From a virus (taxonomy: Duplodnaviria > Caudoviricetes), in the IMG/VR virus record IMGVR_UViG_3300016652_000227, positions 1 through 27,915 of that record: DNA of 27,915 bases. One strand, given 5' to 3'. Positions 22,320-27,915 of this stretch are shown here, piece by piece. Within the stretch, counting starts at the first letter, position 1; each line of letters opens with the position of its first letter. The notes under the pieces are model-generated. The model saw nothing but the letters and a program-made list of their open reading frames with translations. It did not search any database and was not told the origin of the DNA. The position numbers were made by a program, and so were the translations under genes.

Positions 22320-24378
22320 ATACAAAAGACTTTTTGATAGAGATTGGAGGGAAGCGGCAGTTTATGGTGGAAGATTTTCTCTAAAATCACATACTGTGGC
22401 AAGACTTCTTCTTATCCGGGCAAGAATGGAGAAAACCAGAGTTGCTTGTTTTAGAGAGTTTCAAAACTCAATTGCCGATTCATCTCATCAATTACTTGTC
22501 GATTTAATCAACCAATATGAAATGTTTGATTTCAAAGTGACAGATAACTCAATTGTTAATCAAATAACTGGTTCTGACTTTCTTTTCAAGGGCTTACACA
22601 GAAATGAACAAAGCATCAAATCAATTGAGGGAATAGATGTAGCGTGGTGTTTTGTAGCAGGAACAAAAATTGATGGTAAAAACATTGAAAGTCTCAAAGT
22701 AGGTGATTATGTCAAATCATTTAATCATGTAACAAATGAAATTGAAAAAAGAAAAGTTTTAAAGACTTTTAAAAGAAAAGCACCGGATAAATTGTTAAAA
22801 ATATTGACTTCGCATGGTAGCAAATATACAATAACAACATACGAACACCCATTTTATGTTAAAAATAAAGGTTATGTTGAGGCCAAAAATTTAAAAATAG
22901 GAGATATTTTATATTATGAAGAAAAAAGAAATACCGGACCAATTACCTTGTTTAGGGAATTGTGGAATTTATATAGAAATAAATACCAAGGACAGAAGAC
23001 AAAAAGCATTGAAGAATGGCGGTTTAATTTGTTGGGATTGTGTAAAAAAAAGAATGTCAGAAAGAATGAAAACACAAAATCCAATGTCAGACCCTTTAGT
23101 AAGAGCGAAGTTAATTACGACTTTAAAAAAAATAAATCACAAACCAAAAATATTAGGGGGGAATGGAAGAGGCTACACAAAAGCACAAAATTTATTATAC
23201 GAAAAATTAGGCAGAGGTTGGTGGAGAGAGTTAGTAGTCACGACTGGTTTATCAAAATACAAAGATTACCCGACCAATTACAAAATAGATTTAGCAAATG
23301 TTTATTATATGTTAGCAATAGAATGCGATGGTACGGCTCACCGTGGAATAAAATCAAAGGAGGAAGACATGCGAAAACAAGAATTTTTAGAGAAATCAGG
23401 GTGGAAAGTATTGAGATACAGGAACAAAGAAATCTTAAACAATACAGACTCAGTGATAAAGGAAATTATGTTTACAATATCGAAGTTGAAGGAAACAATA
23501 ACTACTTTGCAAACGAAATATTAGTCCATAATTGCGAGGAGTCACAATCCTTAAGCCAGTCATCAATTGAGATCTTAACGCCAACAGTTCGTAAACCTGG
23601 ATCTCAAATAATTTATACATACAACAGACTTTTAGACGAAGACCCAGTTCATAAAAGACTTGTTATCGAAGGCAGACCTAATACTTTAGTTATAAATGTA
23701 AATTATGATGTTGCGTTGAAATACGGTTATATGCCTGAGTCTGTGCGTCTTGAAATGGAAGATGACAAAGCAAAAAGACCTGCGTTATACAAACATAAAT
23801 GGCTTGGGGAACCTCATTCGTTGGAATCAAGGATATACAAAGATTGGCAGTTTGTTGATGACATACCACACGAAGCAAGACTTATGAGATACGGACTTGA
23901 TTTTGGTTACACGCAAGACCCCTCTGCCCTTGTTGCAATCTATTACTTCAACGGAGGATACATAATTGACGAAATCGTTTATCAAAAAGGATTATCAAAC
24001 AAAGCAATTGCAGATATCCTGCACTTGCAACCACAGGCTACAGTTGTAGCCGATAGTGCTGAGCCTAAATCAATTGATGAGATTAAAAGTTATGGAATTG
24101 TGATATTACCTGCAACAAAAGGTCCCGGAAGTGTAAATCAAGGCATTCAGTTTGTGCAAAGTCAGAAGATATCTCTGACCAAACGAAGTGTTAACTTATG
24201 GAAGGAATACTCAAATTACTTGTGGAATACAGATAAAAATGGCAAGACAATAAATGAGCCACAGGGTTTCAATGACCACCTTATGTCGGCTGTTCGGTAT
24301 GGGTTTGATAAGATAAACCCGGAATCGCAGATGCAGAAGTATGTGCCTCAGAGTTTTAATCAATGGACAATCTCATAA
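22285..24378 (+). CDS. terL: Terminase large subunit (PBSX/SPP1-type Terminase_3) containing an intein; spliced product about 402 aa
   Basis: YGGRFSLKSH (Walker A), CFREFQNSIADS, IKSIEGIDVAW|CEESQ (Walker B), PTVRKPGS, YGLDFGYTQDP, ADSAEPKSI, NDHLMSAVRY. Confidence 0.96.
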   Translation: MQNQKLIQIPIEYKRLFDRDWREAAVYGGRFSLKSHTVARLLLIRARMEKTRVACFREFQNSIADSSHQLLVDLINQYEMFDFKVTDNSIVNQITGSDFLFKGLHRNEQSIKSIEGIDVAWCFVAGTKIDGKNIESLKVGDYVKSFNHVTNEIEKRKVLKTFKRKAPDKLLKILTSHGSKYTITTYEHPFYVKNKGYVEAKNLKIGDILYYEEKRNTGPITLFRELWNLYRNKYQGQKTKSIEEWRFNLLGLCKKKNVRKNENTKSNVRPFSKSEVNYDFKKNKSQTKNIRGEWKRLHKSTKFIIRKIRQRLVERVSSHDWFIKIQRLPDQLQNRFSKCLLYVSNRMRWYGSPWNKIKGGRHAKTRIFREIRVESIEIQEQRNLKQYRLSDKGNYVYNIEVEGNNNYFANEILVHNCEESQSLSQSSIEILTPTVRKPGSQIIYTYNRLLDEDPVHKRLVIEGRPNTLVINVNYDVALKYGYMPESVRLEMEDDKAKRPALYKHKWLGEPHSLESRIYKDWQFVDDIPHEARLMRYGLDFGYTQDPSALVAIYYFNGGYIIDEIVYQKGLSNKAIADILHLQPQATVVADSAEPKSIDEIKSYGIVILPATKGPGSVNQGIQFVQSQKISLTKRSVNLWKEYSNYLWNTDKNGKTINEPQGFNDHLMSAVRYGFDKINPESQMQKYVPQSFNQWTIS
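22648..23532 (+). mobile_element. Intein (295 aa) inserted in TerL Walker B motif
   Basis: Block A CFVAGTKI...IESLKVGD, block B TTYEHPFY, EAKNLKIGD, block F/G VYNIEVEGNNNYFANEILVHN, +1 residue Cys. Confidence 0.95.
22916..23524 (+). CDS. Zn-finger + DUF559/Vsr-like PD-(D/E)XK endonuclease nested in the +1 frame of the intein
   Basis: CLGNC...CWDC; RMSERMKTQNPMSDPLVRAK; YKIDLA...LAIECDGTAH...EEDMRKQEFLEKSGWKVLRYRNKEI. AGGAGA SD at 22899-22904. Confidence 0.85.
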   Translation: MKKKEIPDQLPCLGNCGIYIEINTKDRRQKALKNGGLICWDCVKKRMSERMKTQNPMSDPLVRAKLITTLKKINHKPKILGGNGRGYTKAQNLLYEKLGRGWWRELVVTTGLSKYKDYPTNYKIDLANVYYMLAIECDGTAHRGIKSKEEDMRKQEFLEKSGWKVLRYRNKEILNNTDSVIKEIMFTISKLKETITTLQTKY

Positions 24379-24397
24379 CTTTTTGTATTACTTAGTC

Positions 24398-26425
24398 ATG
24401 GCAAAGAAAAATAATCAGAAAAAAGACTTTCAGAACTACGAATTACTCGCAGAACTTAATTATCATTACCAATTCTCTCAAGATGACATGGACAAAAGAA
24501 AACTTAGAAAGAACGGTTGGGATGACACTCTAAAGGCATATTTTGGCAAATTACCAAACAATTGGCCATATCAAACCCAAGTTACAGATCCAGTTATTAG
24601 AACTGCAATCTTGGAAAAGACTGCAAGAATGTTTGCCGGAAAACTAAGGGGAACTGTTGTGCCAAGAGAAGGTGCTGACGCAGTATCAGCCAGAATACAA
24701 AACGCAATTCTTGATTTTCAATGGGATTACGCCACAGAAGGTGGCTCTATGCTTGAAAAAATTATCCTATCTGATATCCAAACCAGAATCTTTGGTGCTT
24801 CATTTGGTCTTTGTTACTGGGATATTAAAAAAACACAAGGTGGAGAAACATTTGAAACAAACGAGTTCAAAGTTTTAGACAACAGAGATGTCTTTGTTGA
24901 TTACCAATCAAACCATATCAGAAATGCCAACTGGGTGCAGGTCAGAGAATGGGTCACATTTCAACAACTCAAAGAGAAAAATGACGGAGGTCAGCCAATT
25001 TATCAAAATCTTGATTTACTTGAATCCAAATTATTAGATAACGATACACCAGCACCACAAAGAAGAGATAACAGATACACCTCAATTGTTAAACAGTTGA
25101 GATCACTTGAAGATAGAGTCGGACAAGATATCTATTATCCAACTATTGAACTTGTGACTGAATACAGAAGGGACAGATGGATAACATTTGCTCCAAGATT
25201 TGGTGTTATCTTGCGAGATATCAAAAACCCATACAAAAATATGGAGATTCCAGTTGTCATGCTTAGATATTATCCAGTTGGTGATGATGTATATGGCGAG
25301 TCTGAAGTGGAGTCAGTATTACCTCTTTACAGAGCAATAAATGCCACATTATGCGGCTTTATAGACCAGATGAACCTTGGTATGAGACCACCGATTAAAG
25401 TGGCACAAAATGCGGCAGGAGTTCGTATGGATACCATTCAATATGGCCCTAACGCTTTGTGGCTTACCGGCGATAGCGTTAATAATATCCAGGAACATGT
25501 AACTGGAAATCAAAGTATTTCACTTTTTCAAAACTCATATACTGCTCTTAAAAATGCTTTTAACACAGCAATGGGTGAGGCTTCTCAATCTCTTGCTCCA
25601 ATTGGTGCATTCGCACAAGATAGAACTGCAACCGAGATAAGAACGGCTAACAGACAAACAGTAGCAAGGGACAATTACAACCAGATATACCTTGAAGAGT
25701 TCCTAAAAGATTTAATGATGAAATGGATATCAAACAATCAGCAATTCTTGTTTTCTGATCCAAGCAAAGAGTCTGAAATTATTAGAATTATTGGAGAACA
25801 AGAAATATCAGAGCTTGAAGATTTAGGACTTGCAGGAGAAGAAATACCGGATGAGGTTATGACTGATGCCGAAGAAATGATAAACGAAAGAGGTGGGGAT
25901 GTGACAATGGAAGAATTAGAAACCATTTCTGAAGTTTCCAAAACTCCAAAGTATCCTGTAATGGTAGGCGGTGAAGTTAGAAAGAAACTTGAAAAAGATA
26001 ATTTTGGCAAATTTGCAAAACTATTTGTTACAAGTGATGATATGAGAGGATTATATGACTATATTCCTGATGTTAAATCAATGGCTGTTGGTGTATCTGA
26101 TGAGACGATTAAGGGCAGAAATCAAGCACTTACCCTATTACTCTCTCCAGCTATTGAAGCCAAGTTAAAATCTGAAGGCGTTGATGTTAAAATTAGTATG
26201 TTACTCAAAGAAGTATTAGCTGATAACGGAGTTAAAAATCCAGAGAAGTTCTTTGAAGAAAAAGAAAATGACAAATCAAGAGAATTACCAATATCTTTCC
26301 CAGGATCAGAAGCAGTTGCTCCAGCAAACGGAGTCGCTCCTGTACCTCAAACAGACACCGGGATGGCAGGTATTACGGGCATACCTAGTGGGGCTCCCGA
26401 AGTTCCCGGATCCCAAGAACTATAA
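24398..26425 (+). CDS. Portal protein (P22 gp1-like podoviral)
   Basis: Follows TerL; about 675 aa; IKNPY...IPVVMLRYYP...YGESEVE...L..AIN, RTATEI. Start at ATG 24398 after the promoter motif. Confidence 0.88.
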   Translation: MAKKNNQKKDFQNYELLAELNYHYQFSQDDMDKRKLRKNGWDDTLKAYFGKLPNNWPYQTQVTDPVIRTAILEKTARMFAGKLRGTVVPREGADAVSARIQNAILDFQWDYATEGGSMLEKIILSDIQTRIFGASFGLCYWDIKKTQGGETFETNEFKVLDNRDVFVDYQSNHIRNANWVQVREWVTFQQLKEKNDGGQPIYQNLDLLESKLLDNDTPAPQRRDNRYTSIVKQLRSLEDRVGQDIYYPTIELVTEYRRDRWITFAPRFGVILRDIKNPYKNMEIPVVMLRYYPVGDDVYGESEVESVLPLYRAINATLCGFIDQMNLGMRPPIKVAQNAAGVRMDTIQYGPNALWLTGDSVNNIQEHVTGNQSISLFQNSYTALKNAFNTAMGEASQSLAPIGAFAQDRTATEIRTANRQTVARDNYNQIYLEEFLKDLMMKWISNNQQFLFSDPSKESEIIRIIGEQEISELEDLGLAGEEIPDEVMTDAEEMINERGGDVTMEELETISEVSKTPKYPVMVGGEVRKKLEKDNFGKFAKLFVTSDDMRGLYDYIPDVKSMAVGVSDETIKGRNQALTLLLSPAIEAKLKSEGVDVKISMLLKEVLADNGVKNPEKFFEEKENDKSRELPISFPGSEAVAPANGVAPVPQTDTGMAGITGIPSGAPEVPGSQEL

Positions 26426-26573
26426 TTCAATGGAGGAAGTTTTGATTCCATACATTCAAGCGTATGGTGGGGCTGAGGCTGTAAAACAGATTCTTCAGTG
26501 GATGGACTCGCAAGAGTTTACATATCAAGACTTAATCGAGAGAAATGAAAGACAAAAAGATTCAGGAATCTAA
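26268..26573 (+). CDS. Small conserved post-portal protein
   Basis: LLYLKQTPGWQVLRAYL...YGGAEAVKQILQW is typical of genes following P22-like portals; overlaps the portal 3' end by 158 nt. Confidence 0.7.
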   Translation: MTNQENYQYLSQDQKQLLQQTESLLYLKQTPGWQVLRAYLVGLPKFPDPKNYNSMEEVLIPYIQAYGGAEAVKQILQWMDSQEFTYQDLIERNERQKDSGI

Positions 26574-26772
26574 AACAATTGAGTTTTACGAACATACAAC
26601 AAAGATTGACCCAGCATTCTGTCATCATACTTTCAAAAGATTATCTATAACTCGTGTGTTATGTAAAAAATGTGGTGTTGGATTCTTTGATGATCCATTT
26701 AATCCGTTCCCAGTTGACGAAATGAATAAACAAATTAGGAAAGAGAAAAAAGAAAAAACACTTGAAAAATAA
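26545..26772 (+). CDS. Small Zn-ribbon protein
   Basis: CHHTF...CKKCGVG. Confidence 0.65.
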   Translation: MKDKKIQESKTIEFYEHTTKIDPAFCHHTFKRLSITRVLCKKCGVGFFDDPFNPFPVDEMNKQIRKEKKEKTLEK

Positions 26773-26795
26773 CTTTCTTTTATTATTTCTATATT

Positions 26796-27878
26796 ATGAA
26801 TCCACAACTACAAAAATTTCTACCTTATTATGTTCCAACAAAGAATCAAACTTTTTTTTCATCTGGTAGAAGCCAATCTTCTTTAAACCAACCAGCTTCA
26901 TCCTTGACACAACCAGTAGGAAAGACGCCTTCTGTTATGGGGTCAACACAAGCAATACAAGGACCTATGCCACAAACTAGTTTAGCAACTGCACCTGCAA
27001 GACAAGTTACACAAACACAAGCCCAAGCTCAAGCTCAAGCTAAAATTCAAGCACCAAAGACTACTAAACCTACTTCAGTTTTATCTGCTGCTGAAAGTGA
27101 ATATCAGAAAAAATTACAAAAAGAACTAGACCGAGCATATAAATCAGGACTTGAAAACATCCAGTTTCAAACCACAGAATTACAACAAAGACAACCAGAA
27201 CTTGAAAGACAAGTTGAAACTCAATTTCAAGCATTAGTTCCAGGTATTGAAAGACAAAGAGAAACTGCACTTGCTGAAGCAAGAAGGCAATATGAAGCAG
27301 GACTTCAAAGAGGTCAGCAAGTATTTGGTGGCGTTGCCGGATCTAGTGCCGCTCAAGCAACCCAAGATATTGCATCACAAGAATTATTAAGACAACAAGG
27401 ACAAGTTCAAACACAAACTGCTGAAGCACTAAACAAAATCAACCTTGAAAAGATAACTAGCTTATCAAAATTACGAGATGACTTTAGAAAAGAACTACAA
27501 ACTATAAATGCTCAAAAATTTGAACTCGCATCTCAAAAATCAAACGCACAATTACAAGCACTTCAGGACTTTGCTACAAGAAGAAGGCAATTAGAAGATT
27601 ATTACACTACAAGACAAGCAACTCTTGAAGATGCAGCAAGAGCCGCAGCTGAAAAAGCAACTGTTGCAACACCACAAAAAGCATCTTACCTAACATCTTT
27701 AGGTTTTGATGACGCTGCAAGAAAACAAGCAATTCAAAGCTTTATCGCATTAGGTGATGCTTACCTATCGAGACAAAATCTAAGACGGGCTGTTGTAAAT
27801 GGTAGAGAAGTGTTGCAAGACACAAATACAGGTGAAACATTTGATGTCGAAACTGGTGCTAATATTACTATTTATTGA
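26796..27878 (+). CDS. Q/A-rich coiled-coil virion protein (possible DNA ejection/internal protein)
   Basis: Low-complexity N-terminus, long heptad region, GGVAGSSAA; preceded by the promoter motif. Confidence 0.6.
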   Translation: MNPQLQKFLPYYVPTKNQTFFSSGRSQSSLNQPASSLTQPVGKTPSVMGSTQAIQGPMPQTSLATAPARQVTQTQAQAQAQAKIQAPKTTKPTSVLSAAESEYQKKLQKELDRAYKSGLENIQFQTTELQQRQPELERQVETQFQALVPGIERQRETALAEARRQYEAGLQRGQQVFGGVAGSSAAQATQDIASQELLRQQGQVQTQTAEALNKINLEKITSLSKLRDDFRKELQTINAQKFELASQKSNAQLQALQDFATRRRQLEDYYTTRQATLEDAARAAAEKATVATPQKASYLTSLGFDDAARKQAIQSFIALGDAYLSRQNLRRAVVNGREVLQDTNTGETFDVETGANITIY

Positions 27879-27915
27879 TAACTTCCTCCTAAAATTGTAT
27901 TTCTAAAATATGAAC

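Noticed and set aside
1-27915. Stop-codon reassignment (TGA/TAG recoding)
   Set aside because: Genes are full length and densely packed under code 11; TGA, TAG and TAA all end genes at sensible coupled junctions.

Overview
AT-rich tailed-phage DNA (standard genetic code 11, almost all on the + strand) with a P22/podovirus-like gene set. The host is unknown; a Patescibacteria/CPR host is only a guess from gene content and style. In order: a glycan-modification cluster (TPR-glycosyltransferase split by an HNH endonuclease, methyltransferase-like, GT4-like and GT2 genes, TagD-like cytidylyltransferase; 1-6.9 kb); tail fibre, adaptor and tail-tube-like genes (6.9-14.2 kb); lysis genes with an inserted GC-rich cassette encoding a hyper-acidic protein (14.2-15.6 kb); an early region (ERF recombinase, two YopX paralogs, small membrane proteins, HTH replication initiator with internal iterons and a DnaA box) bracketed by two near-identical convergent promoters (15.7-21.9 kb); then terminase small and large subunits, portal and downstream virion genes. 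The standout is a 295-aa intein in the terminase Walker B motif with no recognisable in-frame endonuclease. A complete Zn-finger/DUF559 (Vsr-like) endonuclease gene is instead nested in its +1 frame, with a Shine-Dalgarno formed by intein codons, so about 200 codons are dual-coding. Also notable are a family of apparently leaderless promoters before structural genes, an 11-bp operator-like motif shared by three promoters, a CHAP lysin fused to a holin-like tail, and a three-hairpin RNA leader before the rep gene. All family assignments come from motif recognition, not database searches.
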